A stretch of 64,000 bases of DNA. Origin: Azolla caroliniana. Lineage: Eukaryota; Plantae; Polypodiophyta. Made by a program: the position numbers and the translations under genes. The notes under the pieces are model-generated. The model did not search any database, was not told the DNA's origin, and worked only from the letters and a program-made list of their open reading frames with translations. Each line of letters starts with the position of its first letter. Position 1 is the stretch's first letter. Positions 36,776 through 48,666 of the stretch are shown here, piece by piece. The stretch lies in NCBI GenBank assembly GCA_043228905.1, contig JBHGNT010000015.1, positions 4,092,001 to 4,156,000 of the forward strand, given 5' to 3'.

Positions 36776-38785
36776 GTGATTACAGGGCCACCATGAGACC
36801 ATCATTACAGAAGACATTTGTGATGAAGTAACCATATGATGGGCCACATGGACCTATGGCAAAGTCGGTGGCGTCGATTTCAACCTGGAAAGGGCGGGTG
36901 GGGTTGGGGTGGACTAACATGGGGGCGGAGAGAAAAGCTGCTTTGAGGGCATTAAAATCATTGTGTGTCGAGGGGGTCCAAAGAAATGGAGTATCTTTTT
37001 GGGTAAGCTGGATGAGAGGTTGGACTAGGGAAGAGAACCCGTCTATATATTGTCTATAAAAATTTGCAAAACCAAGAAACGATTGTACCTCTTTCAGCCG
37101 AGTCGGGAGAGGCCAATTAGTGATTGCTGCTACCTTGTGTTCATCCATTGTGATCCCTGAAAGGAATACGGCTTCCTAAGCTATGCTTGGCCACAATTGA
37201 GACGTCAGATCAAGCACAGAAAACAGGGATGTGATGAGATGTATCTACACACGAAACAATAAAGAAGAGAGTGCACTGGATGTTAATGTGGAAAACCCAA
37301 ATCTGGGAAAAACCACGACATCCCTCAAACTGCAAAATATCACTATATCAAGATTACAACAATGGGGCACAGAGGTAACGACCCCTTGCTCCCTCGCTTC
37401 GCCACTAGGCGGTTACAACAGAGCCGGCGACCTCTTCCTCTCTCTCTCTCTCTCTCTCTTCTCTGTACATAGTTACGCTCTGAATTATCGCCACAACGAT
37501 AATAATACAACCAGCTCTACATCATTACTATTAAGTTTGCCCTAGGTCATATTTATATTAATATGACTTTCGGGCTATTTACAAATATAGCCCCAGTGGG
37601 CTCTCTGGAACATATTTACATATATGTCCCTTCCATCCGATGAGAGGTTCTCACCGGGCCTGCAACATCCGGTTCTCACCGGGTCTTCCGTTGTCGGGTA
37701 CTCCACATCCGGATTCGTCCTCGGCCTATCAGCCTCGATCGAGTTGCTCATCAACACTGTTCTTCTCACTTCCCATTCGGGAGGGACCTGTTTCCTAACA
37801 AACTCCCCCTTCACTCCGGCATGGGATGTCTTACTAGTCCGATCCGCTTCCGACATGCATCCAACTTGTCGGGTATCAGTACTTTGGTCAACATATCTGA
37901 CCCATTCTCGGTTGTGTGGATCTTCGTCAGTGCGAACTCTCGATCTTCTACTCGCTCCCGGATCCAATGATACCTACGTTGGATGTGCTTCGTCCTGGAA
38001 TGGTACACTGCATTCTTAGCAAGGTGGATGGCACTTTGATTGTCGCAATAGAGTCAATATTCATCTTGCCGGATACCGAGCTCACTGATGAAGTCCTTCA
38101 TCCATAGTATTTCCTTGCCGGCTTCCACAGTCGCCATGTACTCCGCCTTCGTGGTTGACAACACAACCGTCTTCTGCAGCCTTGACTGTCATTACATACT
38201 CGGATGTGGACCGACTGGTATCCATATCAGCCAACATGTCCGAATTGGTAAAACCGTCAAGTTGAAGTTTACCGAAGACGAATTGGAGACATATATACGA
38301 AGTGCCCTTCAGGCACCGGAGTATCCATTTGACCGCGTTCCAGTGCTCCTTGTCGGGATTGCTCATAAACCGGCTCACCACTCCGACTGCGTATCCAATA
38401 TCCGGCCGAGTAGACACCATTGCGTACATCAAGCTCATGACGGTAGAGGCATATGGAACCTTCACCATATCCGCCTTCTCTGCTTTCGTCTTCGGGCTTT
38501 GCTTACCGGATAATCTGCAGTTTGCCGGGAGTGTCGATCCGACCGGTTTTTCTTCTTGTTGAGAGACAAGCTCAACATCGGCCGGATCGGATGAAGAAGC
38601 CGAGGACCGGATCGGTTGGGACCGATCGGTTAGGCCGAGTACATAAACCGGGAGATCGTTAGGAAAGATATTCCGTGAGGAATATATTTGGGAGTTAGTG
38701 TAGGGGCTCTTGATGAGCATTGAAGTACTGTCAGTACTTCGGTCAGTCCTTCTAGGGCTTGTATAAAAGTGTTCACTGAGCACGT

Positions 38786-41700
38786 TGTCGTGATGCGGCA
38801 TGTCTAGTGCGAGAAAAAAATCAAAAATTGAGGATCCACACACATTTCACGAATACTTGTAAAAATGAAAATAAATAAACCTAGGTCACAATGGCATTGA
38901 GTGCATGTAGAGGGTTGCAAGTAGGATTTGAACCTTGCACCTCTAAGATAAGAGGCAATTACCTTACCACTAAAGCTACTACTAAGTGCTTTAGATGTTC
39001 TATATTTCTTTCTCATATTCAATATTCCGTAGGAAACAAACGAACAAAACCGTGTACACAAAACCACGGTTTTAAGCCCATGGTTTCCTGCATGTCTCAA
39101 AGCAAAACTGTGTGCATAGAAACCATGGCTCCAAGCCCATGGTTTTGTGCATGGACAAACCTATAAAACCCCTAGTACGGCTTGTGTAAGGGGGGGGCTC
39201 AATATGATATGACCATCATCATCACCATCAATAATATAAGCTTCTATTTCTTCTTCTTCGCATCTATCTTGTAATTATTTATCTACTTCTCAAAGTGTAC
39301 AATCTTCAATCTTCTCAAGTGTAATAGGTCTTCCTCCAATCTTACATTCACATCGTCCTCTTCTCAATACCTTGACGGACATCCTCCTTGGTCCAAGACC
39401 CCGGTGGTCCCGCTCAAGCGAAGCACGCTCGCACGCGCATCTTCGCGACATTTTTGGTGAACCCGACATGAAGAGCGGTAGGGGAGGATGAAGCTGGACG
39501 AGGAATATGTAATGAAGGCAATGTCAAAGATGATGATGGAGTTTTCAAGAGAAGGGAAAACACGACATGCGGCCCAACAAGCCGTCGAAAGCATGTTCAA
39601 GAGGAGTGAAGGAAGCAATGAGGCTGGAGTACTTTTGTCAAGTGGTGGCCGAACCAATCTTCGAAGAGATTAAAGAGATTCAAAAAACTCACGATTCGTG
39701 GGTGTCCTTCAAAGAAGCTTTACGAGAGTCATATGGTTACAAAGAGCAAAAGGGACGAGGTCTGTATGAGTTTCACGAATGGGTGTCATTGAGAAAGACC
39801 CACCAGAGTGCTATGCATGCATTCATTGAGTTTGAGTATCGCTTCGCTCAACTCTCGGACCGGGATCGAAGATTGGTGGGGGTGAATAAAGTTCTGATGT
39901 TTGTAAAGTCAATCGATCGGAATGAAAGGAAGGCCATTGGAATCCAACTCGAGGATGACAATGGTGAAAATGGCCTCACTGAGGATTGGGCCAAAGTGGA
40001 AAGGGTATGCCGACAACACGATAAGAGGGAGATGAGACTCTCATCGACAACAACACGACCCACAAGGGATGTTCAAAGGAGAATGGGATGTGGCAATAAA
40101 AACCCACTGAAGGAAGAAAGCTCGAAGAGGGAAGCTTAGACAGAACTCAACATAGAAGCCTTGATGAGAGAGGCATTAATGAACTTAAAGGCACAAGTCG
40201 AGGTTGAAGAGAAGATGAAAACAAAACCGAGGAAAATGGTGATCGACGAAGAGGAGACCTCCCCACAAATGCAGACTATTGATGCGGCCAATACGAAGGC
40301 CCAGGTTCGGTATGACAGTACCATGGGAGAAGGTGTGAAACAAACCACCTTCTCGACTTATGGAGGAACGACGGTCGAGAGAAGGGCCGAAGACTCGAGA
40401 GCGGGAAATGCTGCTTTAAGAGTGGACGAGCATTTCGGAACACATGTTGTGTCCGAAATATCGAGTAATGAAGGTGCAAGCATGAGGGAAGCTTGCTGGA
40501 TCAAGGGATGTAAAGAGTGCGAGGTCGACGTGATTGAGGCGGTAGCCACGAGGAACGACATCGAGTCGCAGATGGCTAAGGAAGAGTCCACGACGAATGA
40601 CCGTGTCGAGACTTTCCCAACACTTGATCTAGAGACTTGGGCAGTTGCGTCCGAGAGCCAACATGAGACCCAAGAGACAGAAAGTGGTGGGGAAGAAAAT
40701 ATTGAAGACAATGCGAATAATAACATTGAGCGAAAGATGGCTACGGATGAGAAGACGGTGACCGATGGTGTCAACGTTCTCCCCACAATTGTTCCTGAGA
40801 CTTCGGCAGTTGTGCTCGAGTGTCAACGTGAGACCGGAGAGATGGAAGGTGACGGCAAGAAATCGAAGGACCAAAGCGTCGATGAGGACGATGACCACAG
40901 ACGAAGGGATCCCTCCACACCGGTTCCGGAGACTTCGGCAGTTGTGCCCAAGAGCCAACATAAGACCGGAGAGATGGAAGGTGGCGGCGAGGAGATGAGG
41001 GTCGAAGCCAGCACATACAGAGGAACGATGGCCAACAAAGAGGCCAAAAACAAAGCTACAATAGAGTTCAATGAAGAGCCAAAGAGCGGAAAGAAAGGAA
41101 GAACCGGAATACAATCTGGATGGAAGATGAAGCCGTTGGTATTCCGACCCGAACGGAAGCCAACCCGAACGAGAGTTGATCAACCGGGCCCGACCCAACT
41201 GAAAACCGGATGGAAACTAACCCGGACGAAAGGCGATCATCTGAGTCTGATTCGGCCGAATGTGAATCCGAACGAAGGCCGACCAAGCCAGAAGTTGATT
41301 GGTCGAGACCGATCCCGACAGAGGTTGAGCCGGCCTAGACGGAGGTCGAAGCAAACGAGCCGCGACATCCAGTCGAGGCTGTTGAGCATAAGGAAAGGCA
41401 AGCATGAGACAAGAAAGGATGATAAAGAAAAGTTAAGTGACCAAGGAGATGGCAGAGATGAAGGTGGCACATGCACGAGGCATGAAGCGTTATGCTCGGG
41501 AGGAGCAAAGGGAGCCATGACAACTAGACATGGCAATAAAACAGGTGAGCGAATGATATGGTGGATCGGATGGCAACGACAGTTCGAAGTAGACGGCAAA
41601 AAGACGGTGCGGACGAGGCGCAAGAAAGGAGGAAATCAAACACCAACTGCCTTTGACCCTTCCACATCACTCTTTTCTTCTTGGCACATACCGGAGGATG

Positions 41701-42380
41701 TGCGGTTTGGTGGGGGTGGATGTCGTGATGTGGCATGTCTAGTGCGAGAAAAAAATCAAAAATTGAGGATCCACACACATTTCACGAATACTTGTAAAAA
41801 TGAAAATAAATAAACCTAGGTCACAATGGCATTGAGTGCATGTAGAGGGTTGCAAGTAGGATTTGAACCTTGCACCTCTAAGATAAGAGGCAATTACCTT
41901 ACCACTAAAGCTACTACTAAGTGCTTTAGATGTTCTATATTTCTTTCTCATATTCAGTATTCCGTAGGAAACAAACGAACAAAACCGTGTACACAAAACC
42001 ACGGTTTTAAGCCCATGGTTTCCTGCATGTCTCAAAACTGTGTGCATAGAAACCATGGCTCCAAGCCCATGGTTTTGTGCATGGACAAACCTATAAAACC
42101 CCTAGTACGGCTTGTGTACGGGGGGGGCTCAATATGATATGACCATCATCATCACCATCAATAATATAAGCTTCTATTTCTTCTTCTTCGCATCTATCTT
42201 GTAATTATTTATCTACTTCTCAAAGTGTACAATCTTCAATCTTCTCAAGTGTAATAGGTCTTCCTCCAATCTTACATTCACATCGTCCTCTTCTCAATAC
42301 CTTGACGGACATCCTCCTTGGTCCAAGACCCCGGTGGTCCCGCTCAAGCGAAGCACGCTCGCACGCGCATCTTCGCGACA
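38786..42380 (+). mobile_element. Second Gag-only (TR-GAG-like) element, nested in the 5' LTR of copia B
   Basis: LTRs at 38786-39450 and 41721-42380 (TGTCG..CGACA), TSD ACGT, Trp PBS tggtgaacccgacatga at 39455 and PPT ggtgggggtgga. Confidence 0.92.
39488..41813 (+). pseudogene. Disrupted Gag-like acidic/basic ORF homologous to 9510-11726
   Basis: Frameshift near 39600 and an in-frame TAG at 40137. Shares KVLMFVKSIDR..GLTE.WA.V.RVCR, the ETSAVV repeats and the WWIGW motif. Confidence 0.8.
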
Positions 42381-42612
42381 ACGTCTTATGTACAGAGATT
42401 GAGTATTATTGTGGAATATAGTTTTTTGTGTTTCTCTCTCTGTCTCTCCTGCGTATACCGTGTAAGCCTAAGCTCTCCATTGAACCTGAGTTTCCTTCCT
42501 CTGTTCTGTCTTCATACTTGCTTCCGCACGCTACTTTCTACATGGTATCAGAGCGCGAGGGTTGAGAACCTCTCTACAGCCGACACAACTTGACGAAGAA
42601 GAACAAGAAAAC

Positions 42613-43546
42613 GATGGATAGAGGCATGGCGAGCTCGCTTCCAACAGAGAAGCTTGACAGAACCAACTACGCGTCTGGGTCCTACAAGATGCACCAATAC
42701 CTGCTCGGGCACGGCTACTGGAGTTATGTCGAAGGAGCTAATGACGCGGCACCCGAATCGACACACAGAGACTTCCCGTCGTGGGAGCAATCGGCGAGCA
42801 GGGTATTGTACTGCTTCGCGTCGTGTGTGGGTGAAAAACTATTGAGCTATGTTCAGGATGCAAAGACGCCGAAGGGTGCGTGGGAAAATCTGAAGAAGAT
42901 TTTCGCCGCGAGCACCACAACCAGGAAGCTTCAGCTCCGACAGGAGTTGAGCAACCTACGACAACGCGACTTGTCGGTGGCGGACTATACCTCGAAGATC
43001 AAGGATATCTGCGACTCCCTCGCCTCCATAGAGGTGAACATCGAGGAGAGCGAGATGGTCCAGATCTGTCTCGGAGGTTTGGCGTCGAAGTTCGGAGCGT
43101 TCCGAACGGCTGTGTGTACCCGGGAGAATACGCCGTCCTTTTTCGACTTACAGTCGATGCTCCTGGTAGAGGAGAACCATGCGGGTGCGTCGACGAGCAC
43201 GCACACCGACAGCAAGATGTTGTACACAGAGGGAGAAAGGCCCCATGGTCGTGGCGGACGAGGCGAGTCGGTACGCAATGGAAGCGGCCGACGTGATCAA
43301 GGAAGAAGGCACCGAAGTGATGCCGACAGCAACTCCGGACCCTCCGGAAACAGGGGGAGTCGAAGCGATGAGAACCGGCAAGGGAAGGCAATCGCGGAGT
43401 GCTGGTACTGTGGCAAGAAAGGCCACAGGGAAAGCGAGTGCTGGAAGAAGCGCGCCGATTCGGAGAGAACTGGTTCCGGGAACGGCTCCAGACATACCGA
43501 CAAGGGAAATCGGCAGCGATCGCACTACGCCAAAGACTCCGATTAA
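42613..43546 (+). CDS. Copia Gag with CCHC zinc knuckle
   Basis: EKLDRTNYAS..AWENLKKIF..CWYCGKKGHRESEC; ends at the deletion junction. Confidence 0.85.
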
Positions 43547-45135
43547 GTGGACCGATTGGACGACTGAGTCGATACGACCAGTCCGATGAAGAGCCGGCGA
43601 GTAGTGGAGACTCGGCCGTGCATTCCCCGCGCAGGAAGCCGAGGAGACGGCTTACGCGCAAAGAGAAAGGGAAGAAGAAAGTGTCGGATTCCGGCACGGA
43701 AAGGAACGAGTCAGACCGACGCGAGTCCGACTCCGAGGGAACCGGTGACGGGTCTTTAAAGGTGAAGACCGCGTCGACCGAGAAGGCCTCGACATCGGCT
43801 AATGTGAGATTATGCCGATCTACCCGCCAGAAGAACCCAGTTGTGCGGTTCGGATACAACGACTACATGGCGCATCATTATGCGTACATGACTCGTGTAG
43901 CGAAAGTGCGTGAGCCGGAGAGCTACGCAGAAGCGGCTAAAGACGCGAATTGGCGAGCCGCGATGGAGGAAGAGATGCACGCATTGGCGGAGAACGAGAA
44001 CCAATTTGTGTCGTGGCGTGGCTCGCCTAGAAGCGTAGCGTTGCGTAGACAAAAGATATCGTGAAAGTGAGGAAGGAATCACTGGGATTATGGACGGAAG
44101 AGACGAAAGAGTAGAGATAGATAAATAGTGATCAACAAGATATGACAAGATAGGATATAGAATGATATTTGAAGCAATAAAAGAGATTTATAATTATTTG
44201 ATAAAAGAGTTACAAAATGATTGTGCACATCATTGAACCTCCGAACTTTGTCTTGCAAGGTAATCGCTCTTCTCTTTCTTGATCGTAGACCATTACAATC
44301 TTCACTTCAATATTTTGATGAAGATAAGGCTCGAACCGCCTCCCTCTTGTTGAGAGTTGACCACCACGACCGCCAAGCTAGAGCTCCACGTTTATGTTAA
44401 ACTTCTTCCCTTCTTTCTCTATTTTTATGGTATCTCTTATGAAGTACATAATTTGATTGATATCTCATACATATCCCCCTTTGATCTTCTCTTTCACCAT
44501 TTAAATAGGTGCCCCCATGCATATGATGCATTGGAGGGTACAAATCATGCATGTAGTGCATGAAATGCATGTGATGCATGATCACCATTTGGCGTTCATG
44601 CATTACATGTGATGCATGATAAACATCTCGCTCATTTGAGCTTTTATGTATGAAACAATATATGCAATAACAATAAACATGAAAACATAATCTTAAAGAG
44701 AAAGGGCCTAGCCTAATGGTAGGTGTGTTGACTTTAGTGTATGAGGTTGTGGGTTCGAGTCTCAAAATACTATTGAATACAACATGCAACTTTATTTTTA
44801 TATCATGAAGCAAATCCTTTATGTAATATAAAGTATATATAAAGTATGCTTTATTTTATGAATATTATTAGTGTAGAGTAAATGGTAAGATTTGAGAGTC
44901 ATAGGGTGGGCTTATTGGTTCAAGTCCTCTCTTGTTCGTGTAATATAATATATTTATATATATATATATATTATTTTTCTTTACATATATATAATATTAT
45001 CATATGTGTTGTTATAAAACATTATCAAATGTTATTTTAGTTACGTATTTATCTTATTGTAGACTTTTAATGTGAAGCTTTCGTACTTCACGACATCCAC
45101 CCCCTCTAGACCTGCACATCCTCCGGCATGTGCCA

Positions 45136-48100
45136 CTATCTTTCATCTTCATGTTGATCTATCGGAGGAGGTTCAAGCTCAAACCTTTTCTTAAATACTT
45201 TTATCCTCTTTCCAGCTACCACGTTTAGGATTAGTGTCCCATCCAATTCACTAAGCTTATAAGTAAAGTTATCATATACTTTTCTTACTATATAAGGCCC
45301 AAACCATCTTTCAGCGAACTTGCGGACGGTGCTATGTTGATTATCTAAACTGCTATCGTACACGAGCACCCAATCTCCTTCTTCTATTTTCTTAGGTCGA
45401 ATTCTATGACTTTTATCAAAACGGATTTTATTCTTTAGTCGAGCCTCCTTTAATCGTTGGGCTGCTATTTCTATATCTTCAGGTCGACGCTCTAATTGTT
45501 GAATTCGCAAAGCAAGTAATTCTTCTCTGCTCACCTCTTCTCTCCATGGAATAGATATCCATGACATAATTGATTCTTCTATCGGCATGATGGGCTTTTG
45601 GCCAAGTATCAATTCAGCTGGCATGTATCCTGTTACTGAACTATGAGTTGTTCGATCCGCCCATAGTGCATAAGGTAGCATGCGTGGCCAATCTCTTATT
45701 TTACCTTTACAGCTTTTCACGATCGCCTTAACTATTGGGCTATGTCCTCTTTCAATCTTTCCATTGGCTTCTGGATTATACGCAGTTGTAAGTGATAATT
45801 TGACCCCTATTCGGCTGAAGAATTCTCTAGCTTCATCAGAGTCGAGTTCTCCTCTATCTGCAATTATTTTACCAACACACCCGTAACGACATATTACATC
45901 TTCTAACAAAAATTTACATACAGCTCTAGTTGTTTTTTGTCGTAGTGGTCTTCCTTCTACTTGGTTTGTAAGGTCTTCTCTTGCTAGTACTAAATATCGC
46001 ATTTGACCTTCCCCAAGTGGCATTGTCACTAAATCAACCATCCATTTATAATGCATTGATGATGAATATGTTGGTTTTAGCTCATCTCGATACCGGATAG
46101 TTGAATACCTCTGGCAAACCTCACAGGTTTCCACAAATTTCGTTACATCTTTATACATATGTGGCCACCAATACTTTTCTTTCAACTTCATAAATGTCGC
46201 CCATATGCCTCTATGTCCTGCCCACAAACTATCATGGAATTCATTAATTAATTTTCTCTTAATGTCATCCTTACAAATGACTCGAAGAGGATTTTCGGTT
46301 GGCCTTTTTGGACGCCTCCATAAATGCCCTTCATGTAAAAAAAACTTGAATGCTCGTCTTCGAAATTCATTTAATTGTTTCTTCGACCATGATGGGTTGG
46401 CTTCTTGAGTCTTTAGAAAATTTCCTATTTCTAACCATTGACCTTCATACTCTGTGTCTTTGAACATTATACTTACATTAAACTCATCATGAGGCGTAAT
46501 AGATTCTTGATGAGCAAATTGATGGCTTGTAGTTGCCCAGTTCCTATATTCAGTTTGCATCACCTTTTCATTTATGAACCTTGCCCTTGACAACATATCT
46601 GCAACTGGGTTGTCTTTTCCCTTTATATGCCGCAATTCTGGGTTCATGGTTCTGATGTATGCAATCCACCGAAGCATTGCAATATCTGGTGTCGTGCAAC
46701 TTGCTATCATTCCAATGAGTGGCAAACAATCTGTTTCAACCACTACATCTGCTCCGATCAAGTAATCTCTATCTGTTTTTAATGCAGTAAGCAAACCCCA
46801 CAATTCTCGTTTAACTTGTGCATAGTTTCTTTGTCTTTCATTTAATATCTTTGCTCCAAATCTGATAGCATATCGATGTTGGTCTTCATCTTCTTGGTTG
46901 ATAACCCAACCGATCCCGATTGGGCTAGTATCAACTGTTACTATAATTGGTCTTTCACCTTTGTAGTCTGGTTGACGAAGAACTGGTGCTTTCAGTAATG
47001 CTTCTTTCAGCTGTTGAACAACTTGTGTATGTTCATCAGTCCAAATAAACTTCTTTCCTTTTCTTAAAAGTTGGTAGAGAGGATCTGAGACATGTGCAAA
47101 GTGTGGTAACCAAATATGATAAAACACACATGCACCCAAAAATCTTCTCACCTCTGTTACCGAGTCGCAAACTTCCTTCATATTTTGTATTGCGTTAATT
47201 TTGATCGGTGAAGGCTTCCTCCCATACCACCCACACATATGACCAACTATTAGAACTTCGTTTTGCCCAAAGCAAGACTTTGTTCCTGATAGTGTCAAAT
47301 GTACTTGCTCAAGCTTATTTAAAATATTTTCACAGTCATTAATGTGATCCATCACAAACTTTCTGCAACCATTTCCAACCATAGTCTCATCTTTCTCTCT
47401 TTCTAAGCATCCCTTAATAGGAATATCATCTAAAAATGGCATAGTTACCTTTGGGATGTATTCATGTAGAACTTTGTTCATTGCATTCATCATATGAGCA
47501 ACCGAATTCGTCGCACCTTGAGGTAGAGTGCACATTCGAACCAACCCAATTGGTGTTTTCATTGTTGTGATATTGCGACTATCAATTGCTAGTTGAAATT
47601 GGTCGTATCCTGAATATAGGTCTCCCATAGAGTAAATCGCTCTGCCAGCAAACGCTTCCGCAAATTCATCAACGATCGGTCCGATTCCCGCATTTCGGAT
47701 TGTGACTTTGTTGACTGGTTGTAGATCTTGAATGAATCTTAGAGAACCATCTTTCTTTGGAACTGTGAACCATCTATTGGAGTATGGTGCATTTGAAGGC
47801 TCTAAAATCTTCATCTTGACTTTATCCTTCAGCAACTCCAACAATTGAGGTAATCGAGCTCTCGGTACTGCAATAGGTTTAAAATTCCAAGGAATATGAG
47901 GGATAGTAAATATTACCATTGGCGTCACCACCTTTGGATTTACACAACCAATCTCCTCAGCTTTGAATGCAAACGCTTTCCCATGCCTAAAGATCATTTC
48001 TTTGAAAGTCACGATCTCTGATTGCAGAAGAAATTCACCCCTTCCGATTCTCAAGTTATTTATTGTCTCCGAAGTGAAGTGATGTCCGATCTTCTCTATT

Positions 48101-48666
48101 GGTCGAAGCATAGGCTCGGTTGCTGCTGCCTCCATCTTCTCTTCACTACCAATAGGTAATGGTACTGCAGCAGGTTTGACCTTTTTATCTATTGTTTTGT
48201 ATTTTGTATTACATAAACTTTCTACTTCTTCATATTTACAATTATACCTATCAATCTCATAATACATATCAATTGAGTTTACATGTATCTTTCTAACATT
48301 CTCATCATCTTCTTTCAAATACATTTCTAACTCTTCTAAAGTATTTGCAAAAGAAATTTCTTCCATAACACTTTCAATCTGCTCTTCCATTTCAAGTACT
48401 CCAGTATCCTTCAATGCCTGCTGAAACAGATTAGCATTCTTTTTCAAGTTCCTCTTGCATTCATACATCCTAGTCACACATATAGCACCACTTTCAGAAA
48501 CATGAAATGACTTATTCATATGTTGTAATGCCCTATATGAGGGTCTTTTAATAATGGGACTATTGCAACCCTCACTCGCAACAGTCCTAGTCAAAAACCT
48601 GATTATCAAAATCATCACAATCTTTTGGTATTGAATGATCACGAAGCTCTTGCTTGTTCCTCTCAT
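45136..48666 (-). CDS. Pol: RT-RNase H-integrase
   Basis: DLYSGYDQF, LPQGATNS, FLDD, VTVDTS, HDSLWAGH..CEVC, EANGKIER and WFGPY motifs; no chromodomain. Confidence 0.93.
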   Translation of the reverse strand: MRGTSKSFVIIQYQKIVMILIIRFLTRTVASEGCNSPIIKRPSYRALQHMNKSFHVSESGAICVTRMYECKRNLKKNANLFQQALKDTGVLEMEEQIESVMEEISFANTLEELEMYLKEDDENVRKIHVNSIDMYYEIDRYNCKYEEVESLCNTKYKTIDKKVKPAAVPLPIGSEEKMEAAATEPMLRPIEKIGHHFTSETINNLRIGRGEFLLQSEIVTFKEMIFRHGKAFAFKAEEIGCVNPKVVTPMVIFTIPHIPWNFKPIAVPRARLPQLLELLKDKVKMKILEPSNAPYSNRWFTVPKKDGSLRFIQDLQPVNKVTIRNAGIGPIVDEFAEAFAGRAIYSMGDLYSGYDQFQLAIDSRNITTMKTPIGLVRMCTLPQGATNSVAHMMNAMNKVLHEYIPKVTMPFLDDIPIKGCLEREKDETMVGNGCRKFVMDHINDCENILNKLEQVHLTLSGTKSCFGQNEVLIVGHMCGWYGRKPSPIKINAIQNMKEVCDSVTEVRRFLGACVFYHIWLPHFAHVSDPLYQLLRKGKKFIWTDEHTQVVQQLKEALLKAPVLRQPDYKGERPIIVTVDTSPIGIGWVINQEDEDQHRYAIRFGAKILNERQRNYAQVKRELWGLLTALKTDRDYLIGADVVVETDCLPLIGMIASCTTPDIAMLRWIAYIRTMNPELRHIKGKDNPVADMLSRARFINEKVMQTEYRNWATTSHQFAHQESITPHDEFNVSIMFKDTEYEGQWLEIGNFLKTQEANPSWSKKQLNEFRRRAFKFFLHEGHLWRRPKRPTENPLRVICKDDIKRKLINEFHDSLWAGHRGIWATFMKLKEKYWWPHMYKDVTKFVETCEVCQRYSTIRYRDELKPTYSSSMHYKWMVDLVTMPLGEGQMRYLVLAREDLTNQVEGRPLRQKTTRAVCKFLLEDVICRYGCVGKIIADRGELDSDEAREFFSRIGVKLSLTTAYNPEANGKIERGHSPIVKAIVKSCKGKIRDWPRMLPYALWADRTTHSSVTGYMPAELILGQKPIMPIEESIMSWISIPWREEVSREELLALRIQQLERRPEDIEIAAQRLKEARLKNKIRFDKSHRIRPKKIEEGDWVLVYDSSLDNQHSTVRKFAERWFGPYIVRKVYDNFTYKLSELDGTLILNVVAGKRIKVFKKRFELEPPPIDQHEDER

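Noticed and set aside
44357-44813. Duplicated 68-aa and 138-aa ORFs (also at 51177-51633)
   Set aside because: They lie within identical LTRs, and the His/Met richness comes from CATG repeats.
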